DNA from: Curvularia clavata
Lineage: Eukaryota
Assembly (NCBI GenBank): GCA_023920165.1
Contig: CP089279.1
Span: forward strand, 2,790,001-2,854,000
DNA length: 64,000 nt
Reading direction: 5' to 3'
In this document: one piece after another, positions 51,007-63,104 of the stretch
Layout: every line of letters begins with the position of its first letter
Position numbering within the stretch: the stretch's first letter is position 1
Made by a program: the position numbers and the translations under genes
Notes under the pieces: model-generated
What the model was told of the DNA's origin: nothing
Seen by the model: only the letters and a program-made list of their open reading frames with translations
Database searches by the model: none

Positions 51007-51818
51007 TCAGCAAGATGAGGGTAATGTGCGGAATGTAGGCAGGCACAACACGTTTCATTTCGATGCGAAAGAACAGAGCCTATTTGGGAAGGTTTAAGAG
51101 TCCCAGACTTGGAAGCTGTGACGCTTCAATCTTAGCCGTATGGCTGGTCTGATACGGATGCCTTGCCCTAGTATTGTAGGATGATCGATTCATCCTTTAG
51201 CTACCCGAAGCAACATGCGCTTTGATGCCGCGCGTTGTTCATCAGGGTTCTAGCCCAGTATACGCGAAGCAATAACGCTCCACACCTGCGTCAGACTTGG
51301 AGTCTGGCGGATAGTCGGCGGGGGTTATTGCAGAGGGCGGAGGCTCTGAGTCACCACCAAAAGCGCAGACGTCGGACAACTATTCGTTTGCAAAGTTCAT
51401 TGCCTCACGGGCGGAGTAGTATAGTGATGATGGTGAACGCGTGGGGAGAACGTGCCATCCGCAATACAATGGCGACGAAAGAGCCGTTGTCAGGAGCTAG
51501 TTGCAGGCCAGCTACTATTGAATGGCCGCTCATGACCTGAACGCGCCAAGGTTGTCCCGGTCTTGGCAGCGTGCTGTGGGCATTCACTTCCCGGATTGTG
51601 TGCATTCTAAACCAACACGATGTTAATATGATGCTCTTTACAACAATTGACTCATCAAGTTTGAGATTTACTAAGGCTCCACATGCATCACTTTGATATT
51701 AGTATTAGATGTGTCCTCTTGCTGCCAAGGACCCACCTATGTTTTCTAGGCAGCAATCAGCATATCATGGCCGGACTAACCATGCTGAAAGTTAGCATCT
51801 ACCTCCCCAAAGGATACC

Positions 51819-53111
51819 ATGAGATTTTTCATATGGCTTTTCGGGCTTGTCCCGCTTATTAATGCGACTTTGTACATACCAACCACTTGGCAAGATGTTC
51901 TATACCCTAGAGACTTCATCTGGCCAGCAAAGGTCCCTCAGGTCATTCTCGACACGGACCATCCCTGGCTTTCAACTAACAAGAAATGGCTTTACCGATA
52001 CCCGAACGTCCGCTCTGCCATCTGCAACAAAGACTCTGATCTCTGGACCAATCCTACCACACCAGATCGCGCTCTCCCTTCGGACCTCTTAGAAAGAATT
52101 AGCATTGACAACAACAAGTACGGTGTACAACGCTACGGCTGGAAAAATGCAGTCGACCGGTTGAAAGAGTTAAAAGATTGTCCAGCAGCGCTGGAAAGTG
52201 CGATAGATTTCTATATAGATATCTTCGTGTACGATACGAAACATCACAAACACAAAGAAGATACCCTACCTCCGAAGGAGCTACCGCACCTATTTGCAGA
52301 TGTGCTCTACAAAATGCCACGCCTCGAGACGCTACGCTGGGGTATCAGACCTGAATCAACAGACTCGTTCAATGCCGCATTCTTAAAGGCCAATGTAACG
52401 CTACCGAAGCTCAAGAACCTTGTAGCTGGAGGATACAGTGAGTGGTTGATACCACGGTGTCCCAATCTGGAAAGACTGACCATGGGTGACTATTTTGATG
52501 ATCCCGATCCTCAGTGGAAGGAAGGCGATGACCCAGCGCTCCGACGCGGCCGCAGCCGCTTAGCTTTCCTAAACTCCACCAGAGGTCTACCTCTCCAGAG
52601 TATACAGATGTCGAGTGGATCTTGGGATACCACCTGGATGCAGTGCTTCGAAGTGCTGCTACAAGTCCAGCCCAGCATCTCAACTATCGAAATGGACAAT
52701 GACTTATATCGTGGGGCTGAGTGGAGTGATGACCCTGGTAAACTGAAAGAGCACCTCGAATACCTTTCTCGATTCTCAAATTTAACTTCTCTGAGACTGC
52801 CACGGGTGCCGGGGCTGGGGCTGGGATTTGATGGCGGAGCATGGTGTGGGAATGCATATGAAGGCGTTGATGGCCGCGCTTATGGGCGATCGGTCATGCA
52901 AGAAAGAGCTGAAGTTGAAGAGAGAGCAGGAGAAATAGTGCTTGAGGTGCTTCCGCGTTTGGAGCAGCTTAGGATTGGGTCGTCGCAGCCGAATATCACG
53001 GTCAATAAGGAGGGGAAGAAAGAGCTCGTGTGGCCGTGGACAGGGCGCATGAGGGAGTATACGTATGAGGGGTTTCCCGAAATAGAATTTGATAGTATGA
53101 ATGATCGATAG
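51819..53111 (+). CDS. Uncharacterised protein with signal peptide and LRR/RNI-like repeats
   Basis: 430-aa single exon; MRFFIWLFGLVPLINA; MPRLETLRW, LPKLKNL, CPNLERL, FSNLTSLRL, LPRLEQLRI. Confidence 0.75.
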   Translation: MRFFIWLFGLVPLINATLYIPTTWQDVLYPRDFIWPAKVPQVILDTDHPWLSTNKKWLYRYPNVRSAICNKDSDLWTNPTTPDRALPSDLLERISIDNNKYGVQRYGWKNAVDRLKELKDCPAALESAIDFYIDIFVYDTKHHKHKEDTLPPKELPHLFADVLYKMPRLETLRWGIRPESTDSFNAAFLKANVTLPKLKNLVAGGYSEWLIPRCPNLERLTMGDYFDDPDPQWKEGDDPALRRGRSRLAFLNSTRGLPLQSIQMSSGSWDTTWMQCFEVLLQVQPSISTIEMDNDLYRGAEWSDDPGKLKEHLEYLSRFSNLTSLRLPRVPGLGLGFDGGAWCGNAYEGVDGRAYGRSVMQERAEVEERAGEIVLEVLPRLEQLRIGSSQPNITVNKEGKKELVWPWTGRMREYTYEGFPEIEFDSMNDR

Positions 53112-53298
53112 ACTTCGGGATGGAAACAGAGAAGAGTACAAGAGTACGAAGGACGAGCGTTACATACTCAATGAGGCATAAGATAACTTCAATTACTTTA
53201 GGGTCAGATGCATTTCGTTAAGTATGATGAGTGTTTCGTAAGAGATGGATGTACTGTATATCATCTCAATCAATCAAGTTCTTTTGTTGCTATCATCT

Positions 53299-53850
53299 CT
53301 AGTACATCCTCGCCTCTGGAGCCCTATACGGCTTCGCAGATGTCTCAATGTCCGTCACTCTTGTATCGCTTGTTTGACAAGCCTTAGCCTGTTGCTCTGC
53401 CCCTAGCCTTATACTCTAGCGCCGCACTCTTTTGCTTCTAGCTAAGTTCTTGCCTACTCAAGTTGGCTTTCCCGGTCATTGAAATACTCATAGCGGCTTT
53501 TTTGACCTCGCGTGCAGCTTTCTTCGCGGCCTTCTCGGCGTCCTGTGTGGCGCGTTTCTCTGGCTTTTAAGAGGACCTTACAGCGCTCAACCTGTCCCAT
53601 GCCTAGTTATATATAATTCTCTCCCCGACTTCTTTTTAGCTTTTTTGCTAGTCTTGGCTGGGAACTGATCGTATTTTCAAGCAGGCCGCGTTTAGTACGA
53701 GATAATTGGGCGGTATTGGCGAGCTTCTGCACGTGCTTTCTGAGGCGCTGTCTGCTAGCCCCGTTACTTGCAAGAGCATCCTATTTGATCAGATCGTGTA
53801 GCAATGCTATAGTGTTAGCTATTATCAGCAATTGAGGCAGAGACTAACGA
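53299..53850 (-). mobile_element. Degenerate Fot1/pogo-type DDE transposase C-terminal fragment
   Basis: Minus-strand remnants RQRLRKHVQKLANTAQLS..RGLLEN, AEKAAKKAAREVKKA and terminal PYRAPEARMY*, resembling fungal Fot1-like transposase C-termini (from recall); interrupted by stops and frameshifts. Confidence 0.65.
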
Positions 53851-55327
53851 CGTGGATGAAAATATGTATCTAACAACCAAATCCTGCCAATTTGCTGTAG
53901 TTCCTTATTACCCTAATACAGAAAAGCCTAGAGAAGATTATTATAGAGGCTGCACCCAAATGAGTTGGTTGGAGAGGCTTTTTAGGAGGTGTAATTGGAG
54001 ATGCGGCTCGCGTCATAGGGTGACTCGTGATACAGGGATAGACGTTAGTGACAACGACAAAGTAGACAGGAGATCACTCTACTGTGATAGCATATTCAAG
54101 ATTCGTACCTCTTTCGAGAGACAAGCATATCAGAGGCTTCGGAAGTTCAGTTGCTTAAAGCCTATCTTTAGCCCTTATAGCAAATACCAGGTTGCCTTAT
54201 TCCTGCCCGGTCAAAATCTTACCTAGCACGTCGATCTATCTTTTGTTATTAAAGAATCTCCTGAACCCTAAATCCTTACTCTCTGTGACCCTTGCAATAA
54301 AATGAAATCTCGAATCTTGCCCTAATTACTCTCCTGTGAGCAGATAAAAGCACCCCAGCCATACTTTCTTGCTACTAACATATATCGATAGCAGCCCTCT
54401 GGCTCTCGCTATCCCAACAGAAGGAGTGGTTGAAGCCTGTGACAGCGGTGTGTCTAAAGGCACTTTCTGCCAATGCTTCAATAAGTGCGCATCTCTAAGA
54501 TAGTTACTATAGATGTTGCTGTTCTCCTGCTTTGCGAACAGAAGTCTTTTCTGTGCGACTATAGATAAGGACAAGACGTCTAACATACCCAAAACCACGA
54601 ATATTTGCAAGGCGTTCCAGGGAAACTTCAAGCTAGTTGACAGGGTCTCCCCCAATGTGAGTAGTCATTTCTCAGCAGCCAGCTTTGGGTGTCTTATTCT
54701 CGAGATTGATAAACCTCCACTAATCTCAACCGCAGTGCTACGGCGTAGGAAGCGAATCCCTTGACGTATTCAGTAACTACTGCATTTTGAAGGGAACATC
54801 TGGGGCTACCTGTTGTGACAAGGGAGCGAAGCTAGCGGACTCTCCAAGTATGGCAAACACCAAATAAGCACTCCTTGCGTCTTTCCCGGCCATCGTGTAG
54901 CGGCCGACTCCGATGATGTCACCATTTTATTCATCCTAAAAGTACGTGGGATGGAAATCTGCTTAAATCTGCTAGTGTATCAGTTTTCTTCCATTTAAGT
55001 AATTCCACTCAAAGCCATCAGGTAGCTTATGTAAAGTCCGAGTAAAGATAGGTCATACAATCTTTTAGAATATATATCCCCCAGCAAAAACTATCTATGC
55101 GATGCTGTACGCGGGGATTCAGTGGCCATTTCGAAGCTGCACTGTGCAATACTGTATCGAGTTCAAACTGAATAGGTATGGATATTTCACACACTAGAGG
55201 TTGCGGTTGCCATAAACTGTCGGCTATATTCTGAACCAGCAGATCAGGAGTTAAACCCGTTGTCTTGATTTCCTACCAACAACAGAGACCATGAAAGTTC
55301 AGCTGGCTCTCCGTAGTAATTTTCAGA

Positions 55328-56596
55328 CTAGGAAACGTCCGGACATTCAACCAGAAACTCGTCCATTAAGGATGTCAGCACATCATTGTGATGGCGATGG
55401 TGCTGCTTGAGGTAGGTAAGGATGGCAGGACATTCCACGCTTGCTCTTGATCGAATCCACCAGATATTGTGGGATGCCTTCCTGTACCAAAGAAATAGAA
55501 GTAGTAAGGCCGTCGGATCTTTGTTTGCTAGGAGATCCTTGAACGACCCATGTATGCTCTGAGTAAAACGCTCCGTGTGACCGATTTCGACGTCACAATC
55601 AGGTAGAACCAGTATCTCAGACACCGCATGCGCGGGAATGAAGTATGGACTAGTATCTGAAGTTGATTCAACCGTGAGGAAACAAATGGCTGCTAGAGAC
55701 ATCGGCATTCTCGCTAGTCCTTTTGAGGGCATAGATGAATTCATCAGGGCATACGTGTCGATCATGACACTGAAAATGCTCTCTGGTCTCAGAGGGTTGG
55801 CTATATCCCATAGCGTCATCTTTCCTTGGCTCATATTAAGCCATTGCAAGTCGGGTCTCGCAGAAGGATAGAGCGGCCATGACTCCTCGGGCGTGTTTGC
55901 ATCGGGAAATGCAAAGGTCAGAACGGCCAGTGCAGCTGCAGTACCCCAGAGCGCATCCTTGTTCATCATTGCGACGGGTTCTTTGAGGCCTTTGCTGAAT
56001 ATTAACAGGCTTTGTGACCAGTGATAGTACACATCTGATCTATGTTGTGGGTAGCGATGACCGGCCAAACATTGGTCGTATGCAAGTGCTACTGCGAGAG
56101 AAGCATGCATAAGGAATGGATTGGAAAACGTAAGTTTGAGGAGTCCACGATTCATCTGCGCTGTGTTGGGATCGGGCGCCATGAGACTCAATCCAAGATA
56201 CTGATGTAAGAGGTGTTGTTCTCTGCTTGTAAGCTGATACGACGATGAAGCATCAGACGTCCAAACAGGATTCATCATATTGCAATCGATCCTTGCCCTC
56301 TTTCCCCTCGTCTGCTCAGACATTTCTTTCAAACATTCTGTTTTGGGAACAAAATTTTGCAGCTCCTTCGATCCAGGTACGAAGTTGCATACAAAACCAT
56401 AGGAGATGCACTTTTTGCATTGTGGTTTACTTTCGTCGCACTGTATGAAGGCGTGACGTACTGGTAAGCCGACGATGCTTCTCAAGTGCTGAAATCACCT
56501 CACCTTGATCTTCCGGAGTTTGCAGTTTCGACAGCCAAATCTCGATCTGCGTAGTATCGGACGAGGTTGCCTTCCCTGTGTAGGATATGAGGTCAT
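55328..56596 (-). CDS. Zn(II)2Cys6 transcription factor (Upc2-like architecture)
   Basis: Exon 1 MTSYP..RSRFGCRNCKLRKIK, then intron, then CDESKPQCKKCISYGFVCNF; PFLMHASLAVA, KDALWGTA, DPTALLLL..W. Confidence 0.88.
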
Positions 56597-56855
56597 TGTC
56601 AATGTTCTTTGGTGTGCCGATCAGGAACGAGAGGTATTGCCATTACGCCCTTGCGGCGTCCAAGAATCCTGGCGCGCTAACCTTGAGTCGGCTACCGGCT
56701 TTCATGATTGGCTGATATTTTGGCTCATAACCCGACATAATCCTGTCTTACTCACTGGAGCGTGTATAAAGATGATATAAGGTGTGTCAATTGCTTGACT
56801 TTCGAGACCAAAGAAACTTCACTTCTATTCCTAACACCATTCCTCACAGCAAAGA

Positions 56856-57998
56856 ATGCCTACGCACTCCGCGGCCATGTTGCTCACAAAGGGCGAACCC
56901 TTCAGAGTCCGAACTAGGCCAACGCCCAAGCCAGGCCCAGGCGAGCTTTTGATCGCTGTCAAAGCAGTTGCGCTCAACCCTGCTGACTACTTGATACAAG
57001 ACTTTGGCCTCTTCATACAAAACTACCCCACCGTCCTTGGTTTTGATGTTGCAGGGCTTGTTGTAGACGTTGGCGAAAAAGTTCCTTCAGATACCTTTCA
57101 GCCAGGTGTTACACGGGTAGCAGGCTATGCTGCTTTTGCGTGGAAATCCCAAGGGGCAGACTATGGCGCTTTCCAAGAACGTTGCATCATACCATGGCAA
57201 CATGTCGTGCCTCTTCATGGGCATGAGATGTCTTGGATTCGCGCTGCAACCTTGCCTGTCGCTGTTCAGGTACCGCTCATGGCATGGGAGGCGCTGGGAA
57301 TTCCTCTGGTTGGGGCATCAACTATAGCGGCTGCTGAACAATCTTTCGAAAACAGCATCGGCAGTGTTGATGAGAATAGCCCTCAACAACAAACACCAAG
57401 GGAGGCTCTGTTGATATGGGGAGCCTCATCGAGCGTGGGTACTATGGGCGTACAAACTGCTTGTTTACTTCGAGACGACATAACCTCGCCTATCAACAAG
57501 GTATACGCTACAGCGAATTCATCAAATCACAAATACATAAGATCATTGGGCGCTGATCGTGTATTCGATTATCATGATCCAGATGTGGTGGATGCGATTG
57601 TTTCGGAGGCGAGAGCAGACGGTCTAGTCATTCGACATTGCTTTCTTGCTATGGGAGCTATCCAGCCATGCCAAAGCGTTATCAAGAGCTTCATTCAAGA
57701 GTCGGATAACGACGAAAAGAAATGGACGATTGCATCGGCGCCTCCAATACCTACAGATAGTGCTGCGATTGAAGGCATCACGACTGTCTTCCTTGAACCC
57801 TATGCTAGCGAGACTGAACGACTCACTCAATTTCAGTTCTGCATGGACTGTTTAGAAAAGAGTCTCATCAAAGGCTCCATTAGACCAAGCCCAGAACCAA
57901 AAGTTGTGGGAAAAGGGTTATTGGCTATCAATGAGGGCCTAAGCATGCTTAGGTATGGTGTAAGCTGTACTAAGTTGGTCGTTGATCTTGATGATTAG
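56856..57998 (+). CDS. Medium-chain dehydrogenase/reductase, enoyl-reductase-like
   Basis: VKAVALNPAD, YPTVLGFDVAG, GAFQE, LIWGASSSVG, LGADRVFDY, VSCTKLVV. Confidence 0.92.
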   Translation: MPTHSAAMLLTKGEPFRVRTRPTPKPGPGELLIAVKAVALNPADYLIQDFGLFIQNYPTVLGFDVAGLVVDVGEKVPSDTFQPGVTRVAGYAAFAWKSQGADYGAFQERCIIPWQHVVPLHGHEMSWIRAATLPVAVQVPLMAWEALGIPLVGASTIAAAEQSFENSIGSVDENSPQQQTPREALLIWGASSSVGTMGVQTACLLRDDITSPINKVYATANSSNHKYIRSLGADRVFDYHDPDVVDAIVSEARADGLVIRHCFLAMGAIQPCQSVIKSFIQESDNDEKKWTIASAPPIPTDSAAIEGITTVFLEPYASETERLTQFQFCMDCLEKSLIKGSIRPSPEPKVVGKGLLAINEGLSMLRYGVSCTKLVVDLDD

Positions 57999-58504
57999 AT
58001 ATTCATATTAGGGAAATCTCATTCAGCTGCAATCCATAAGCTTCTCACAATCAGTGGTAACGGGTTACAAAGATAGGGTGTTGGTTCCAAGAAAAGCTAT
58101 CCACTCGATGACTGACAACATATCGCAAAAGTCTTACCAGATCCTGCTGTATAGCTCAAATCATCTCAACTCTTCCCTTCATGCGTTACACACATTATTT
58201 CTAGTGTTGAAGTAATTCATACCACTGTTTCACAAAGTCGTAGCGCGCCAACCAAGGTATAGCAAATGAAATACCAACTGGAATGGTAGAACATATGATG
58301 AGAGAACCGCAACAGCCGACGGAAACAATGCACGCGACGGATGATTGGATGGAAGAGAACTAGAGAGACATAGATCTGATGATTGCAATGGAACGGCGGG
58401 GAAGATTCGCACAGCGTCAGCAACGATAGCAAAACACTTGAATGATATAGTGTTGCATTTGGAATACCTTGATGGTCAAGTAAATGAAACCCTCCAAAGA
58501 ACCA

Positions 58505-61139
58505 TCAAAATCCTTGAATCATCGACTTAGCGGTCCGACCTTGCGCATCTTTCGCATGCTCATCTGCCCCAGCAACGATCAGCCATTTGTAAAACACTCG
58601 ATTTCCATTCATGGCAGCGACATGCAACGCCGTTAGTCCCTCCGGGCTCGCACTGGTGACAGCAGCACCTCTGCTTACGAGAATCTTGCCAATCTCGTGA
58701 TCGCCTTGCTTTGCTGCCAGCATGATTGGTGTCCATGCATTCTTGAAGGTAACATCAATCTTGGCGCCCGCATCGAGGAGCGCAGTGATGCATTCACTGC
58801 TGCCGAGCTCAATGGCGTGGTAAAGCGGCGAATCTGCTCCTTCGGCTGGCGGATCGGGAAGTGCGCCTCGGGAAAGAAGTTTTCGGATGCTTGATGCATC
58901 GCCTTGTCGCGCAGCAACGTCCACCGGGTACAGCAGTTTCTGACTCGGAGTATTAACATCAGCGCCTGCTTCTAGAAGGGCATCCAGAATAGCGCCATTG
59001 CTCCCTGTCTCTTGAAGCGCAAAGTGCAGCGGGTACCAGTTTCCTGCATCGACTTTGCTTGGGTTTGCTCCTAGCGCCAACAAGAGATAGACCATTTCCA
59101 AACCTCCTTTCAAAATGGCAGAGCTCAATGGCGAAAGGCCTAACCCACTCGTGCTTCGTGATGCATTCACATCTGCTCCCGCGCTAAACAAAGCCAACAC
59201 GGCCTCTAGGTGTTGGTTGTCAACGGCAAGAATCAATGGGCTATTGTCGTCATTATCGAAATACTCCATTGATGCGCCGTGCTCCAATAAGAGGGATATG
59301 ACCTCATGTTGGCCTGCTGCTGCTGCGACATGGAGAGGTGTCCAGCCTCTACCGTCTACCGTGTTGACGTCAATAATCTGTATCAGCATGCTGACCTGCT
59401 CTGAGTTCCCTTCATGAGCAGCTTCATGTAAAGGATATTCTTCGAGGCCGGCGCCCGTTGTGGGTTTCGTACTGTTCGTGATATCCACGCTTAATTCTGT
59501 GAAGCCTCTACCACTGAACATCTCTTCCGATGTAGGGTTTTCATGTAAGAGCAACCAATCATCTTTTTCCGCCTTGTATGTTTCTTCTGTTTCGCCAACT
59601 GCGAGTGTCAAAAGCACCCAGGCTTGTCGATCTTGGACCTTTGTGAATCGCTCGACCAGCAACCCCACACGCGACATTGCTTGCTTTGGCACAAGGGGCT
59701 CATCCGCTAAGAGATAAGCATTGCCCTCGCTGACTGCCTTTTTGAACATCTCTATACTTCTGGGGCTTTCCTTCTGGGTTTGTTCGCTGATGAAGCCAAC
59801 GGTCAGCGCCTGTGCTGCGAAATCGCTCTCCAGAGCTAATACCAACGCTCCAGGTTTGCTTGGTACGATGGAGAGGATCTTTGTCGTCATCCATGAGCGT
59901 CTCATCCCTCGTGCCTCCCAAATGCCTGCTTCGATGATTTTACCATCAACGAGCCCATTGAATGTGGCAGGAGCCCAACCTGGCAGGGATGCTCTTGGAG
60001 GCCCGTGATACAACGCAAGGCGAGTTGCATGTCTCATCTGGTGTCGATATATTATATGCATAGCCTCTGAGAGTGTATATTTTGTCTTCCATTCGATGCC
60101 GAGTGTCGGAAACAAGGCTCGCGCGTAGTCGAGTTTGTCCCATGCATGGCGATATCCGCACCCAAAAGCAACATCGGGTAGACTGACACCAAGTCGATCG
60201 TCGCGTTGTAATCGTCGAAAGGTTCGGTATAAGTACGGGTACTTTCCTTTGGCAGTACTATCATAGTTCTCTCCTACTTCTTCCATCGCCAAGCCTTTCA
60301 GGCTGTCAGTAATGTTGGCAAATGTCACAAAGCCGCATCCGGTCGCAATGATGGCATTGTTAGCTAGTTTAATCTCTTGGTAGGTCCACATTCTCGTCAT
60401 CCAGACTTGGGTCGTCAGTTTAGGCATGCAAGTTGGAGTTCAAACACTCACTACCAAGAGATATGACAGCTGCCACCTTGACTGGGTCTGTAGAGTTTAA
60501 GCGTAGACACAATGCATCCAGGACCACCACGAATTTTGCTTGTCGGTAAATGTCCGCCATGGCGTTGATGAGTGCTCCCTTTAGCTCTTCCTCGATCAGA
60601 TTCAATGCTCTTTTCCCGCCTGGTATGGCGAGGCTGTCAGTCCATATCCACTGCACACCGAGCGGCTCGACCTTATCGAACACCTGCTGCAGCAAGCTGG
60701 CGTCCAACCCGCGATTGTCATCGTCGGCGCCCAATCCCTGAGACCAAACATGAGATAAGGCTGCGAACCCTTCTTTCGGATTGATAGAAAATTCCCCTTG
60801 TCTATTCACGCAGAGTGCGCCTAGTTGGCTGGCTGATTGTTCAATGCTCTCCAAAGAAGGTTTGACGAAAACTGGTGCGGGGTTGGCCCGAGGCACAAAC
60901 GAAATGAGCTTGTCAAGAGGCACATTTTCAGGAAGCTGATGCAAATTATTAAATATTTCGTCGAGTTCTTTTTCCGTCCAGTAACAGAGTTCGTTGAAGG
61001 AATTGGACCATGCGATGCTCTCCGAGACGCCTTTGTTGAGTAAGTATTGTTTCACGGCGCGGTTGTTGGGTGGGCGTGTTTCGCGCTGTTGGTATGCTCC
61101 AAGCGCGCTGAGGATGGCTGAGATATCGAAGGAAGCCAT
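58505..61139 (-). CDS. HET-domain protein with about 9 C-terminal ankyrin repeats
   Basis: FAALSHVWSQG, WIWTDSLAIP, INAMADIYRQA..VVVLD, WMTRMWTYQE. One intron about 60452-60401. Ankyrin repeats GWTPLHVAA, WTPIMLAA, GLTALHVAA. Confidence 0.88.
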
Positions 61140-61467
61140 CTTTGTGTTGGAATTCGCTTTGGCATGAGGACCGGGTCAGAAGGTCTGAATTTAAGACGAC
61201 GTGAGATGTTCACCAATTGTGCGCATAAGGCTGAAACGAGTGGCGCAGGTCATACGATGTTTAGGTTCGGCTCACAATCCGGGTACTAGGAAGGCTGGGC
61301 AATGTTGAAGTTCTGGTAGAACCCAGATATTATATAATACAGCTATTGTATCTGTTCTATTAGTCGACTGTTTATAGAACAAAGTAAAACTCTACAAAAT
61401 TTCTAGTACAGCTTGAGATGTTCCGACTACCGACAAACCCTGTGTAGTACCCATCACCTCACCTGAT

Positions 61468-62625
61468 TCAATGACGTGACCCTCCTTGGGCAACAGTCAC
61501 AGCCTCTGGGAATTCTTTGGCCGCGTTTGCAAAGCCTTTCTCCCCGCGAGACTTCAGGACCAAATCCAAAAAGGCAACAACATGAGCAGTCGTAAGCTGC
61601 ATCATTCTTTTTCCTTCAATCGTGCCTAGGAGATCACCAACACCCGGCAATTGCGCACTTCCAACACCCAGTGCGCTGAGAACCGCCGGGAGATCAGAGA
61701 ACGAGTAATGCGCAGACTTGCGCACCTCGATCTCTCTCTTCCAGACTCGCAGCTTTGGCCACACCGTCTTCCATGAAGGGTCTGTTGCTTGGGTCTTGTT
61801 GTCATGTCCGATCAGCATGAAGGGTTTATCAAGGCCCTTATCGAGCACTTGACCAAACATGGTCCCATCCAGATTGACGCCGCCAAGCACAGAGGGTGTT
61901 TGAAGCGTTGCGGCTCCTGCAGCTGCACCCCCGAGAGAGTGACCGAGAACAGCAACTTTGAGATTTCGCTGACGGATCTCATGCACCGGGAACAGTTTCT
62001 TGGAAATTTGGCTATTGCGAAGGCTGTCGAGGGCGAACGAGATATCGGCGGCTCGTGTGGCGACCGTTTGATTGATCTTATCATCGGGAATGTCGACACC
62101 GGTGACAATGGTTCCGTTGGGATACTCAACGATATCGGCGTCATATGGGTGGTCGATGGAAATGACTAGATATCCGGAAGATGCGATGCTTTGCAGCATG
62201 ACACTGTAGAGATATTTGCTAGTGCCTAGTGCAGGCGAGAAGAGAACCAGTGGTGGAGCTGGCGTGGAACAAGAATCTCGGCTCGTTGGCTTATTGCATA
62301 CTTCCACCTGCAAAGATGGGAATGTTCCGTTGGGAAGGCCATAGACGGAGAACTTCTTATCCATGAAAGCGGCTGTTTGAGGAGGCATGTATGGTACGAC
62401 TCCTTTGTTTTTGCAGTCCAGGACAGGGTAGAAGCTGGATACCATGATGGATCGGCTTCTTCCATCATTAATGTAGGGATCACGGCGATGTGTGTCCGTC
62501 AAGAGAAGGGAGGTGCTTCCGATCGTGGTGTTGGCTTGCCCGACATGTTCGATAGTGATACTTGCTGCGGAGAGCGAAGGAAATGATAAAGTGAGAGCTA
62601 GAAGTGCGGCGGCGGAAGCGTACAT
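61468..62625 (-). CDS. Secreted PAF-acetylhydrolase-family alpha/beta hydrolase
   Basis: Signal peptide; PLVLFSPALG, IDHPYDA, GHSLGG, GVNLDG, HYSFSD. Confidence 0.9.
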   Translation of the reverse strand: MYASAAALLALTLSFPSLSAASITIEHVGQANTTIGSTSLLLTDTHRRDPYINDGRSRSIMVSSFYPVLDCKNKGVVPYMPPQTAAFMDKKFSVYGLPNGTFPSLQVEVCNKPTSRDSCSTPAPPLVLFSPALGTSKYLYSVMLQSIASSGYLVISIDHPYDADIVEYPNGTIVTGVDIPDDKINQTVATRAADISFALDSLRNSQISKKLFPVHEIRQRNLKVAVLGHSLGGAAAGAATLQTPSVLGGVNLDGTMFGQVLDKGLDKPFMLIGHDNKTQATDPSWKTVWPKLRVWKREIEVRKSAHYSFSDLPAVLSALGVGSAQLPGVGDLLGTIEGKRMMQLTTAHVVAFLDLVLKSRGEKGFANAAKEFPEAVTVAQGGSRH

Positions 62626-63104
62626 AATGAGTGGCTTAAGGAGAGTTTTGGATCAAGTTGAAAGATGAAGCCGATGGATGAAACAGTTCCGCTGTAGAGA
62701 ATGGCGGCTTTATAGGAACCTTTCTCTATCCTCATCAAATATCACCGACGTTTAGCGGCTCTCTTTTGTTTCTATTTGGGGAAAAGTCTACAGCAGATCT
62801 TGCTATGGGAAATGCTCATTCTTTGGCTCCAATCATTCCCCACACTATGCTACAGTCAAATCTTTCCAAGTCAGGAGCTGACTCGCGAAAGATCGGCCTG
62901 AATGCGGTTAGTGCGCGTTCTAATATTACCGAATTTAGTAAGGTGCCTCATCAGCCACGACTCGGTGAGCAGAGTCATAAAGGACCGAAGTCTCCAGTGC
63001 GCTCTTTCATTCCCAAATTTGAACAGATTTCGTATTCCCGGTGAACAGCCACCTGACTCGCTTTCCCTACTACGTTGTTGCCACATTCTAAGCATTGGGG
63101 ACGA

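Noticed and set aside
54326..54764. Short ORFs beside the transposase relic
   Set aside because: No recognisable motifs; probably further decayed repeat sequence.
39500..55000. Possible Starship or other giant element
   Set aside because: No tyrosine-recombinase captain or defensible boundary repeats seen; it cannot be excluded from this window alone.
33149..57998. Possible secondary-metabolite cluster (SirQ-like, BBE oxidase, esterase, enoyl reductase, TFs)
   Set aside because: No PKS, NRPS or terpene synthase in the window, and the genes are scattered among unrelated ones.
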